Below are positions 37,380-50,320 of a stretch of DNA of 64,000 nt, piece by piece. Position numbers and translations under genes: made by a program. Under the pieces are notes generated by a model, which had not been told where the DNA came from, did not search any database, and was given only the letters and a program-made list of their open reading frames with translations. This DNA comes from Gnetum montanum. Lineage: Eukaryota; Plantae; Gnetophyta. Positions within the stretch are counted from its first letter, which is position 1; every line of letters starts with the position of its first letter. The stretch covers positions 180,864-244,863 of the forward strand of contig MNCI01001451.1 of assembly GCA_015680685.1 (NCBI GenBank), in the 5' to 3' direction.

Positions 37380-38770
37380 ATCATGCCTAAGAATTTAATT
37401 GTTGGGACTAACAAATTTAACCTTTCAAGCCTTAAGATTAAGTTCTTGAACTCTACATATATGCGTAGATCACTAATTCATTGGTGTGTTATTAGTTACA
37501 CTATTGGAGTCCATGTTCTAAAGGGGTAGAAAGATTGCTTGCTAAAGATTCTAAGTATGTAGCTAGTTGTTACCAACAAGATTAGTTAGAGAATCATTTG
37601 ATGAATTAGTTGGTGAACCAGAATGGGAAGATTTATATTAATTCATCTTACAAAAAAATCATATTGTAGAACATGAATAGTCATAATCATGTTCCAATAA
37701 GATGTATGATAAATATAAAGAATAATTATCCATGAGAGAATCCAAGAATAAGAACGAAAGTGGCAACATATAATGTGTTGGAAAGATCCCTAGCTAGTGA
37801 GAGACAACATCTGCTTTATCTACCATGGGCCTTGGATTGACATGAGTATCAATATCCATACATCTTAGTAGAGTTATAAGATTTTTATGTTGATGTATTA
37901 TGCCTACAAAATGCCTTACCATGGGAATTCCTATACCAATTTCAACCAGACTTAAGAAAGAGAGAATAAAAATGTCTTTATAAGCAAAAAGGTTCTTGTG
38001 GAAGTTCTTCTTTCGATGGTACAAAAATTTGAATGAAGATTAGAATATATGATTTTTGAAATCCTATAACTTCAAATCATGAGAAAGAAAGAACAATCAA
38101 GATTCTAGAGAAGCCACAAAGCTTTGGTATTGATACTAAGAATCCAATCATTAAAAATACATGTATGTATGGTTAACACACATTTAATTGCTAAATCAAC
38201 ATATTTAGATGTTAGATTGTGCCAAGGAGCATACTTAATTAAGAAAATAGAGAAACGTTTGTAGGATAAGTTATTTCTAAGGCATACCTATCCAATGCAA
38301 ATTTTCCTTTGTGATGACTTCAATGTAAAAGTTAGAAGTAGTGTTTAACAATTCCTAAAATATGAATGTATAAAATAATCCTTGGAAGAAAAACCTAATT
38401 TAAAGAAGATTTTTTCATTAATTCAACATACAATTCCATTAGCTATTGCATATTCTACTTCAAATCTTCAATAGATAAGTCAAATTCCAAGAATTCAGGA
38501 ATAGAGGATGTTAATGAATAGTACTTATCAAGAACCATAATTTAGTAATTACTTTGCCACAGTTAATGAAGATTTGTAAAAAAACATTCTTATTTGAGAC
38601 TCTAGATTATATCTAGTATGATGTTTGATTCATCCAAGTTATCAAGTTACTAGAGTTAATTTCTAAAGAAGAAATTTAGAAGAATCAAGATCAAGCCTTG
38701 CCATCCTAAATAAGATCATTTGATCATATACCACTTTTGATAGTATTAAAACTATTTTCATTAATTCCTA
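37380..38770 (+). pseudogene. CCR4: Intronless CCR4/CNOT6-like deadenylase (EEP family) pseudogene
   Basis: VATYNVLERSLA....YLPWALD*...DVLCLQ; CMVNTHL...DVRLCQ; FLCDDFN; QHTIPLAIAYS; EP*FSN; TLDYI*Y..VIKLLELIS.EE...ALPS..SFDHIPLL. These map in order onto plant CCR4a (SYNILA..CPSWALSW..DIVCLQE, CVANTH, CGDFN, HQLPLVSAYS, EPLFTN, TLDYIFY, ALPSPEWSSDHIALL). Confidence 0.85.
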
Positions 38771-39035
38771 AGGTTGATCAAGGTTAGGAAGTATCTTAAC
38801 CTTACTTTTATTTATGATTTTTATAATTTTCTTCATTTTTTAATTTATATTTTAATTAGATAAGTATAATATCTATGATAATGTAAGTTGGGAATAAAGA
38901 TTTTTCCTATCTTCATTTAGATAACTGTTGGCGACCGTTTGGGATGCGACCGCCAACGAGTGTCCTCGAACAGGATTTAGATGCCTGCTGGTCTCTGGCA
39001 ACACCAAGGCCCAGATACCTCCAAATAAACTCAGT

Positions 39036-39820
39036 NNNNNNNNNNNNNNNNNNNNNNNNNNNNNNNNNNNNNNNNNNNNNNNNNNNNNNNNNNNNNNNNN
39101 NNNNNNNNNNNNNNNNNNNNNNNNNNNNNNNNNNNNNNNNNNNNNNNNNNNNNNNNNNNNNNNNNNNNNNNNNNNNNNNNNNNNNNNNNNNNNNNNNNNN
39201 NNNNNNNNNNNNNNNNNNNNNNNNNNNNNNNNNNNNNNNNNNNNNNNNNNNNNNNNNNNNNNNNNNNNNNNNNNNNNNNNNNNNNNNNNNNNNNNNNNNN
39301 NNNNNNNNNNNNNNNNNNNNNNNNNNNNNNNNNNNNNNNNNNNNNNNNNNNNNNNNNNNNNNNNNNNNNNNNNNNNNNNNNNNNNNNNNNNNNNNNNNNN
39401 NNNNNNNNNNNNNNNNNNNNNNNNNNNNNNNNNNNNNNNNNNNNNNNNNNNNNNNNNNNNNNNNNNNNNNNNNNNNNNNNNNNNNNNNNNNNNNNNNNNN
39501 NNNNNNNNNNNNNNNNNNNNNNNNNNNNNNNNNNNNNNNNNNNNNNNNNNNNNNNNNNNNNNNNNNNNNNNNNNNNNNNNNNNNNNNNNNNNNNNNNNNN
39601 NNNNNNNNNNNNNNNNNNNNNNNNNNNNNNNNNNNNNNNNNNNNNNNNNNNNNNNNNNNNNNNNNNNNNNNNNNNNNNNNNNNNNNNNNNNNNNNNNNNN
39701 NNNNNNNNNNNNNNNNNNNNNNNNNNNNNNNNNNNNNNNNNNNNNNNNNNNNNNNNNNNNNNNNNNNNNNNNNNNNNNNNNNNNNNNNNNNNNNNNNNNN
39801 NNNNNNNNNNNNNNNNNNNN
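39036..39820. other. Assembly gap (N run)
   Basis: Ns in the sequence. Confidence 1.
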
Positions 39821-40030
39821 CCCAAGTGCTAGCTATTAGCCTTCCCAAAGTGTCTTCTTCAAAAGTGTGATGTATCAAGTATCTTTTCCAAAAGTCCTCC
39901 TCCCTCTTTGACCACCCCCACACCCCCCCCTTGAAGCCTTTTTATAGGGTTCAAAGGTGGTTACATATTCAAAAATATCTTACCTAACTTCTCTCCCAAG
40001 TAACTTGTCCAACAAGTTAGGGAGTATTAA

Positions 40031-40323
40031 NNNNNNNNNNNNNNNNNNNNNNNNNNNNNNNNNNNNNNNNNNNNNNNNNNNNNNNNNNNNNNNNNNNNNN
40101 NNNNNNNNNNNNNNNNNNNNNNNNNNNNNNNNNNNNNNNNNNNNNNNNNNNNNNNNNNNNNNNNNNNNNNNNNNNNNNNNNNNNNNNNNNNNNNNNNNNN
40201 NNNNNNNNNNNNNNNNNNNNNNNNNNNNNNNNNNNNNNNNNNNNNNNNNNNNNNNNNNNNNNNNNNNNNNNNNNNNNNNNNNNNNNNNNNNNNNNNNNNN
40301 NNNNNNNNNNNNNNNNNNNNNNN
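40031..40323. other. Assembly gap (N run)
   Basis: Ns in the sequence. Confidence 1.
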
Positions 40324-41623
40324 CAGAAGAAGGCTCTACCACTGCATCCGGCATCGTTGCTATGTGATGTTCGGTTGCTGGAGGAGAAAGATCTAGAAAA
40401 AAAATGATGTATTGAACATATGGCCCTAGACATAAGGTTTCGGTTGCCTAGAACTATTTTGTTTTACCCCAAATTCGCTTAGGGCTTCCTTCGTTTTTTG
40501 TGTTCCTGTAGATCGTCTTTCAAATTCCTGCCGTTGATTGCAGAGTCAAGGGCAAACCTATCATAGATCTGAGCATCACTGAATAACGGCATCTAGTGTG
40601 GTAGGTTAAGAATGGCCCTGCAATGGCCAGAAAAATCTTCACACAGTGTGCGCATTGCAGAACACAGTGAACGTCGTTGAAGGCGGGTGGATCGGTTGCA
40701 TTTTTATGGAAAAAATTTTAAAACTAAAATGGTTTCTGTCCTGAAAGAGGCAACGTCCATGCGAGTTCTTCCTCCACCACCTTTGAATCCATGTCCCTGC
40801 AAGGTTTTGTCACAATGTGCCCAGCAGAGGTGTCGCTGATTTGGGGCCAAAGAGAATAGTTGGTTTTGCATCAAAAATAGAAGCCATTACAGGTCGATAA
40901 ACCTTAGCACTTTCCTGCGTAAACTACCAACACGATTCCTTGTGAAAGAATGGGCATTCTTCTGGACTATTTTTTCATAAAAACATTATTCAAATCTTGC
41001 AATGGTGACTTCCATAAGGTTGATTTTAATTTCTCATTGATGCATTCATGAACGGGGTTGGCTCTTTTTAATCAATAAAGCTTTTCAACTCTTTTTCAAC
41101 CTTCCCTTCACACAGGAGCATGATAAATTTTCCTTTCCTTGGCATCATTATTTGAAAGTGGAAACACTATATCTTCATTCAAAAAATTTCCACATGAAAC
41201 CTCTGGTATTAAAATATCAATAGGGCACAACCATCATATATATATATTTTTAAATATCTTCTATGGCTTATTCATATTTTATCACCCTTGTTGTTCCATG
41301 AAATGGCTAAATGTGCCAACAATAACCATATATGAGTTGCACTTTGTGTGACCCTCATTAGGATTGGTGATTGGTGGTTGGTAGACCTTTAATTCATCTC
41401 TTTTCATGATATTAGAAAATAAGGTAAGTATTAATAAACTAATATTTAAATTCCCATATATTCTTCTCACATATGTCTTGTTTGTAGAATAAGTAAGAAA
41501 TAACTTCAAGTTCAAAAAAAAATCAAATTATTGAAGCATATGATCATAAAAAGAGCATTAAAATTAGAAAAAATAGTGAATGTGGACTCATTCAAGCACA
41601 AATGAAACCTAAGGTGGATAGAT

Positions 41624-42197
41624 TGTAATGTTCCCATTCCCAACTAGTGTTACTGCATAATGAAGATAGTGCCTCTTCATAACAAGTGTTAGCATTATTG
41701 TAACAAGATCTACAATGGGAGTTGTAATTTAGACCTAAAAGGGCATGTTTTAATAATGAACGTGTCTCTCAAGATGATTTTTTTGGGGTTTGACCTAAAG
41801 TATTTATACCTGGCATTGGAGGTCATATTAGCATGGAGTTGCAAAGTCGGTAAAGGTAATTAACTAGTGTCAGGTGAAGTGCCATAGGAAGAGGATTGGC
41901 CATCTATTCTAGTTAATTGTAGGCCTAACCATGGTGACAGTGCTGGATTACCTCTAAGGGATAAATGATGAAGGAAGAAAACCCCAATGAACACTCTCAG
42001 AGCATGATCCAAATTCACTACTCTTCATCAATAAAGCATTCTTCTCCTTTTTCTTTTGTATTTTCCTTATTATTTTCTTTATTCTTAATGTCAAATGTTA
42101 CATATATTTGATGTTTGCTACATTATCATCTTATGCCTAATGTCTAATATAACATATATTTGATGTTTACCATGACATCCAAGAATAGGATGTTATA
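41624..42197 (+). mobile_element. Solo LTR, same family as 22851-23346
   Basis: TGTAATG...TGTTATA termini, colinear with 22851-23346 plus a ~75-bp extra block at ~41880-41955. No PBS follows. Confidence 0.8.
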
Positions 42198-42493
42198 ATT
42201 AGCAAAATTTTTCTAGATGAAAATAATAAATCAATAAAATTGAAAAATAATATATTTGGATTTCTCATTTCCATGAAAAAGAAAATTCATGTCCTAATGA
42301 AACATCTTGTTGTTTTTAATTCTTTCAACTTTTCATATTGATATGCTATTTTAACCTTGATTATCTTCTTTCTTATTGAAAAATATATTAGTGATATTTT
42401 TTAATTATTTATATTTTAGTGTATGTATTACTTTAAGTGCATTTGATTAGCTCTAATTTCCTTTAGAAAGGTTGTAAGCATGGAGGGATAGAC

Positions 42494-45400
42494 TATGGAT
42501 CATTGAACTTAGAAGTGGGGGATGAATAAGTTCTCCAATCTTTAATTCTTTGACACAAGAGCATACAAATTTTAACATGGTTCCCCAACTTGGGTAATCC
42601 ACACTCAGATGGTAGTTCATAAGCACACCTCTAGACTTTGTTCCTTCCAAACTATGGTTTGAACGTACCACACCCTATACAATCTCTAAGCCCTTCTCTA
42701 GACTATTGTGATACTACATTAAAAACTTAACACTACAAGGTTCCGTTAGGATTAGAATGTGGTTTCTAGGCTTCCAAAACCTTTACAATCTTGAGCTTTA
42801 CTCTAAAGTGTTGTGCCACAACACTAACCACTCAATCTTTTCTGATCTTGATAAGCTCAAGTAAGATGCCTTTCTGGAAGAAGCACATCAATCTCGTAGG
42901 GTTAAAGGAAGAAAAATAATTATAAGGAATGAATGAAACTTAGTTTGCTATTCCTTAAACTTTAAGGTACAATACACTTTATAGTGGATAAATGATAATA
43001 CAATGAGGATAAATAGTTATGATTAACAAATGATTATACAATGATTGCACATAAGCTTTCACATTTCCCAATGAGAGTGATGTCTTCTTATAGTTACCAT
43101 GTTTCTAAATCCATCTTGGAACTTGTGCAATGGCTAGCAAATGGTAGCTAATGATCATGAAATATGTCTTCTTCATGTTTGTATTTTATTTTAATTCTAG
43201 GAAGAAGTCTTTGTCTAGTGAGAGACATCTTTCTGAAGTCTCCAGTCTGGAAAGGCATCTTTGTCTAGAGAAAGAAATCTTTCTAAAACTGGCTTACACT
43301 CTATAAAGATGTTTTTGTATGGTGAAGACATCTTTTCCTAAAGAAAGACATTTACTATTCCTTAGAGATGTCTTTGTTTATGAATCCTTCAATTATACCA
43401 AGATGTTTGTTGTTTCTTAAAAGACATCTTTGTTCACCTTCTTTGCATGATCAATTCTTCATTCCATGTCCATGTTATTAACCTTTCTCAAACATTCTTT
43501 TCTCAATCTAAGTTCTTGTCCTAGAAGCAAAACACCACATAAACATCCTATTTTCTTCATTTTCCTTAATGTTTTGACATACCAAAATATTAACAAATAT
43601 CACCCTTCTTTTTAATGTTAAAAATGTAAGAAAATGGGTTAGTAATACAATAGTACATAGGCTACTTCTCCTCCTATTTGAACATTAACAAAAAGATGAG
43701 GCAAGCTCCCCCTTAAATAGATGCATATATAAAAAAATGTTTTTGTTGTGTTTGTCTTTTCTTTTTCTTTTTTTTTATGTTGTTTAAGAAAGAATGAAAA
43801 GACTCAAATGAAAATACAAGGTCCTATTCCCATATCTTTACATAGAGATGCTAACTGATGTTCATCTAGAGGTTTGGTGAAGGAATCAGTTAGTTGACTC
43901 TTGGTTCCAATAAACTATAGTGTTACATGACCACATTGTGTATGTTCCTGTATGAAGTGATGATGAATCTTTATATGTTTGGTATAAGAATTTTGGATGG
44001 GTCTCTTTTTCATTTTGATGGCACTCTTGTTATCACAGTAAATAAAAGTTGAGTTTGCTTTTACTCCTAAGTCCTTGAGATTTTCTTTCATCCAAAGTAA
44101 TTGAACACAACTACTATTAGAAATATATTTAACTTCTGCTATTGGGAGAGATGTAGAGGTTTTCTTCTTGGTTGTCCAAGAAACAAGACTTCTCCCAATG
44201 AAGAAATAGTTGCCACTCGTGCTATGATGATCATCAAAACAACTTGCCCAATCTACATCATAATAACCAACAAGATCAAGGGATGATTCCTTTGGATACC
44301 AAAGGCCCCAATTAGTAGTACCTTTTAAGTAGTGAAAAATATGTTTAATAGCTTGGTAGTGATAGCCCTTTAAGGTAGATAAATGTCTAGCACAAAATCC
44401 TACACGTAAAGCTATATTTGGTCTATTGGTAGTTAAATAAAGAAGACTACCAATCATACCTCTATAAAGCTTAGGATAAGCTTAGGATCAACTGGTTTAC
44501 CTTGATCATCTTTAATAAGCTTAGAATTTATAGCCATCGAAGTACCTTTAACTTTGACATCAACTAGGCCATATTTAAGTAGAAGATCTTTTACATATTT
44601 GGTTTTACATATAAGGTTCCATCACTCATTTGATAGATTTGAAACCCAAGAAAGTTCTTGAGTTCTCCCATCATGCTCATTTCAAATTCAAATTGCATGA
44701 CATTAGAAAATTTCTTGTAAAGAATTTTGTTAGTGGCATCGAAAAAAAGGTCATCAACATAGATTTGAATAAGTAGAAGATTTTTACCTTCTCTTTTAAG
44801 AAATAATGTAACATTAACTTTACCTCTTTCAAATTCATTTGCTGTGAGATGTTGAGAAGCCTTTCATACCAACCTTGTGGAGTTTGTTTAAGATCATAAA
44901 GAGCTTTCTTAAGCTTGTAGACATAATCAATCTTAATAGAATCAACAAACCCTTCAAGTTCTTCAATGTAAACTTCTTCTTGCATGGTTTCATTCAAGAA
45001 GGTACTTTTGACATCCATTTGATAGAGCTTGATGCTCTTAATGCTAGCATAGGCAAGAAGAAGTCTAATAGATTCTAGCCTAGCAATAGGAGCAAATTTT
45101 TGATCAAAATTTATTCCTTCTTTTTTCTGATATCCTTTGGCAAAAATCTAGCCTTATTTTTAATGATGTTTCCATTATCATCAATCTTGCTCCTAAAGAT
45201 ACATTTAGCTCCAATAACCATTTTATCAGTGGGCCTAGGTGTTAATTCCCAAACATCATTTCTAGAAAATTGAATAATTTTTTCTTACATAGCAATAATC
45301 CATCCTTCCTCTCTTTCAACTTAAAATTTTTTTGTTCAATTAGGGAGAGATATGTGGAAAAGGGACACATCTCTTTGATTTGGCTTCTAGTATAAACACC

Positions 45401-48400
45401 ATCTAGAACTTCTACAATAACATCATTAAGAGAGTGATTTTTGTTAATTTTGGGCATTTTTGGTTGGATGGGGGAGTTTTCTTAATCATCATTATTCTCT
45501 TCTTCTTCATGATCACTACTAGATTCTAAGTTGTTGTCATCTTGTACTTGGGTTGGGCTAGACAATTTTTGAATGGGAATAGTTTTGTCATCAGGTTGAG
45601 GGAAAATAATGTTAGGATCATCTATTTTAACATTTATTATTTCCTCCACCGTATTCATTCTTTTGTTAAACACTCTATATGCCCTAATAACTATAGAATA
45701 TCCTAAGAAAATTCCTTCATCAATGTTTACATAAAATTTTCTAAATTTATCTTTATTATTCAATATATAGCATTTTGAACCAAAAAAATAAAAATAAGCT
45801 ACTAAAGGTTTTCTACCAATCCATAATTCATAAGGAGTTTTAGAAGTGAATCTTCTTACTAGAACTCTATTGGACACATAACAAGCTATATTGATGGCTT
45901 CAACCTAGAACTAATGAGAAAGATTTTGATCATTTTATATCATTCTCCCTATCTGTTTTAAGATTATGTTCTTCCATTTAGCTATACCATTTTATTGAGG
46001 AGTTCTTGCCATAGAGAATTGATGTAGAATGTAATTCATTTAATAGAACTATTTAAACTTTGCATTTTTGAACTTACCTCCATTATCACTTCTGATAACT
46101 TTAATACCATATCCTTTTTCTTTCTAGATTTGATTGCTAATTCTCAAAAAATGATCAAACACCTCATCTTTGTGATTTAAAAGGAAAACCCATGTAAAGT
46201 GAAACTAATCATCAATAATGTTCAAAAAATATCTTTTATTTCCTAAGATAATAATTTTAATTGAACCAATCACATCTATATGAAGTAGATCTAAGGGACA
46301 AGTAATGAAAATGCAATTTTTCTTATCAAATCTTACCCTTTTTTGCTTCCCTTTTTGACAAGCTTCACATGTATTTAGCTTGAAATCTTTAAGCTTAGGG
46401 AGACCATGAACCATTTCTTTTGATACCAAGGTTTGAATAATTTACTTATGTGGCCCAACTTCCTACGCCAAAGATGTGTATTGTTTGCACAACTTACTAA
46501 ACACTTGGATTCAAGGTTAGGAGAATTTCCAAAGATAGTGGTATACACATTTCCTTTTTTAGATCCTTCAATCACAACATTTCCAGTAGATAAATCTTGT
46601 ATTCTAAAACTTTCTTTTAAAGTGGTAGCATTAAAATTTGAATCAAAAAGTTGACTTACACTAAGAAGATTATGTTTTAATCCATTAATGAAAAATACTT
46701 TGCTTACAATTGGTAATACCTTACCTTTACCTCCTATGATACCAATACCTTTTATAGGTGCTTCCATGTCATCTCTAAAAGTGACTGTACCATAATTTTA
46801 TTCTATAAAATGGGTGAAGTAACATTTGCCACTTGTCATGTGCCTTGAACACCCACTATCAATATGCCATGTGTTGGCATTGTCATTGTAGAAAGTAATT
46901 TAAGCCATCAAATTGTTTTTAGTCTTTCCTTCTTTCTCTTTCCAAACTTGCATGATTTTCTTTCTAGGCTAGTTTTGCAAATACTAAGAGTGGTGATGCA
47001 TTCTAAGATAAACAAAAAAAGCTTGAATATGGCCATATTTACTACAAAAGAAGCATTTCACTTTGTTTGGTTTAGAATATCTACCAAACTTGGATAAATG
47101 TTGTTTTTGATTTTTGGATTTCTTCATAGAGCTCTTGTTCACTTGCTCAAATATTTTTGTCAATATTTAAATGTTAGTCCTAAGGCCTAAGTTTTTTCTT
47201 TTTGAGATAAGAGCATTCATCATTAAGAACTTTGATTTTTATTTCCTTGGCATGTAAAGAACTTTTTATTTCAATGCATAAGTTTTGGAAAGAAAGAATG
47301 TTATGACAAAATATCTCATACCTATCTTCAAAGGAAGTTTCATTTCAATAATCACAAGAATTGTCAACTTTATAAGCATAGTTTTCTAGCTTTCTAAATG
47401 TAAGGAAGGAAATAAGATACTTACCTTGATAATAGATGTCACAAAGGAATTAAGCACACTAGTTGATGATGTACATTAGGCTCTTTGTCAAGATGTATCC
47501 AATGTTGAGTGTCCCTTCCATGTTCACTCTTGAAGATTCATATAGAGAGAAAGAGTATCAATATCTAATACCACTTGTGGATTGTTGAACTTAGAAGGGA
47601 AAAGTGATGAATAAGTTCCCCAATCTTCAATTTTTGATACAAGAGAACAAAACGTTTAATCTGATTCCTGAACTTGGGTATTTCACACTCAGAGGGTAGT
47701 TTGCAAGCACACCTCCAAACTTTTTTTCTTCCAAATTGTGGTTTGAAGGGTACCACATCCTATACAATCTCTAAGCCTTGCTTTAGAGTGTTGTGACACT
47801 ACACCAACCACTCAATCCCATAAGGTCTTGTTAGGCTTAGAATGTGATTTCTAGGCTTTCACAACCTTTACAATCTTCAACCCTACCCCATAGTGTTGTG
47901 TTGTAACACCAACCATTCAATTCCACAAGATCCCAAAAAGCTCAAGCAAGATGCCTTCCTGCAAAAAGCACATCAACCCTGCAAGGTTTAAGGAAGAATA
48001 ATAATTACAAGGGATAAATGAAACTTAGTTTGTTAATCATTGTACTTTGAGGTATAACACATTTTACAATGTATAAATGATATTACAATGAGGATAAATA
48101 TTGACTACAATGATTAACAAATTATTATACAATGATTGCACATAACCTTCCACATTTTCCAATGAGAGTGATGTCTTCTTATAGTTACTATGTTTCCAAA
48201 TCCATCTTAAAACTTGTGAAATGGCTAGCTAATGATAGCTAATAGTAATGGAAGATGTATTCTTCATGCCTAAGATGTCTTTTTGTATTTGGTCTTCATT
48301 TTGGAAAGACATATTTGTCTAGTGAAAGATGTCTTTTTGTATTTGGTCTTCATTTTGGAAAGGCATATTTGTCTAGTGAAAGATGTCTTTTTTAAGTCTT

Positions 48401-48717
48401 CATTCTAGGAAGATTTCTTTGTCTAGAGAAAGACATCTTTTTGAAACTAATCTGTACTCTGTGAAGATGTATTTTCTTGAAGAAAGATGTCTATTATTAA
48501 TGGGAGACATCTTTGTTTGTGCACCCTTCAATTTTTCCAAGACATCTATTATTTCTTAGAAGATGTCTTTGTTTACCTTCCTTTGCATGATGAATTCTTT
48601 GTTCCTTATCCATGCCTTCTTATCTAAATCCAAGTTCTTGTCTTGTAAGAAAAACACCACACAAACATCCTATGTTCTCCATTTTCCTTAAGGTTTTGAC
48701 ATACCAAAATATCAACA
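42494..48717 (-). mobile_element. SIRE/Sirevirus-like Ty1/Copia element A: pol retained, gag capsid deleted, no env-like ORF
   Basis: LTRs 47576-48717 and 42494-43595; near-TSD TAGAC/TAGAT; PBS (rc) agtggtattaga at 47564-47575; several PPT-like tracts at 43596-43715. Confidence 0.9.
43800..47060 (-). pseudogene. Degenerate Copia pol (knuckle-PR-IN-RT-RH)
   Basis: KCFFCSKYGH; WHIDSGCSRHMT; GLKHNLLSVSQL; LWRRKLGH..CEACQKGKQ; LDLLHID; KTPYELW.GRKP; MDVKSTFLN; KLKKALYDLKQ; MIGSLLYLT; DWASC.DD..STSG; YCDNKSAI; TKHIKIHHHFI. Confidence 0.92.
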
Positions 48718-50320
48718 TAGATGTCAAAAATGAAAGGAAAGTAGGAGATCTAGATCATGAAAGTGAGTTGGAGGATCTTGATACTACCATACCTAGCATG
48801 AGAGATCATGAACGACATGTGGTAAGACTCATGACTTCTTTCTCATTGTAATGTCTCATTCCTAATTATGGAGGGGAGTTATATTATAAAATGTAAATAC
48901 TGTAATTAACCTTTGGATGAATGGATACCTTGTATGAGTAGTTGCAATTATTCATAGGTATCCTTTTAGAAGTTTAACTTTTGGCATTTAGGATTAAAGA
49001 CTAAGAGATCATGCTAGCATGGAGTTACAGAGTCAACAAGGCTAGTAATAAGAGTTGAGTGAAGCAAGAGAAGAAGGATTGACCATCCGTTCAATCTTGT
49101 GATGTAACTATGATGGTAGTGCTAGATTACCTATAAGGGTTCTAAGTGTCACAAGAAGATAGCCTAGGCCCTCCATTATCAAAGATTTATCCTTTTATAT
49201 GTTGACCTTTTGGTATGTCAAAACCTTAGGGAAAATGGAGAATGTGGAAGTGTGTTTGTAGCCTTGTAGGATTAAGAAGGAACATGTTGAGCTAAGACTT
49301 CAAAAGAATAGCTAAGCTAAAAAAAGAGCTACATTAATATTACCAAATGAGAGCTAAGAAGAAATAATGAGAGCTAGAATTTAAATGGAGTCTACAAGCC
49401 AAATGAAGTTATTTCAAGGACTATCAAGCTGCTAGAATAAGAAAGGAATATTTCAGATCTTAAGTGTGCAAGTAGAGTAGACATCTCATTTTGATAACAA
49501 ACATGTAACTTGTAGGATAGACATCTTAGGGTAGACATCTCCATGTAGACATGTCTCCTGAATGGAAGTTGATCTTAGTTAGACATCTTAACTTTGAATT
49601 AGACACACAAGCTAGTCATTTCATAACTGTTGCATGAATTTCAAGGAGTTTTTGAAAACTCAAAGGGTATAAGATAGAGTTGAATTCTTGGAAAATGAAC
49701 AAGCATTGTTGAATATCAAGCATTGTAAGCCTCAAGTGAATTAACTTTGTTCTTCATTGTTCTAATCATTTGTATTGTATTTAATGTATTGAGCATATTA
49801 ATTGAAAGAAAATTGTAAATTAATTTACACTCTTTGCTTGATTCTTTTCTTCTTTCTTGTAAGTCCTATGGGGTTGATGTGCTTCTTATGAGAAGGCATC
49901 TCATGAGCTTGTTAGGATCTTGTGGGATTGAGTGGCTTAATAGCGATGAAACACTCTAGTGCAAAGCTCACATTTTGTAAAGGTTATGGGATCCCTTAAA
50001 CCACATTTTGAGCTTTTTGGGACCTTGAGGGGTTGAGTGTTTGTCCAAAAAGACACACTTTAAGCAAAGCTCAAATATTATAAAGACTTTGGTATCCTTG
50101 AAAACATATTTTTCCAAGGAATAAATTCTAGAGGTGTGTAGGATTCTACCCTATAGAGGTACCCAAGTTGGGCAACCATGTAAAAATTTTGTGTAGTTTT
50201 TAGTTGCCTTGGTTTTTCTAATTAGGCAACTTATTCAATCCCCCTTCTAAGTTCTCAATCCTCAAGTTGTATTAGAGCTCAATACTCTCAAGTTTGTGCT
50301 TCACATCTCAAGAGTGAACA

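Larger units (their letters stand above)
38926..40932. mobile_element. Probably young LTR-element sequence interrupted by assembly gaps
   Basis: Begins TGTTGG and ends CCAACA (inverted termini). CpG is retained here unlike the flanks. The TSDs do not match, so the pieces may not be one element. Confidence 0.4.

Noticed and set aside
38913-40433. Long ORFs of 124-336 aa in the ORF track
   Set aside because: Artefacts of translating through N gaps.
38921-40937. A single solo LTR with TSD
   Set aside because: The flanks ATAAC and CGATT do not match, and two gaps intervene.
40940-41420. MULE/SWIM transposase C-terminus on the - strand
   Set aside because: Only vague resemblance (C...GTFSH, LCPIDI). 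The Cys/His pattern is not recoverable.
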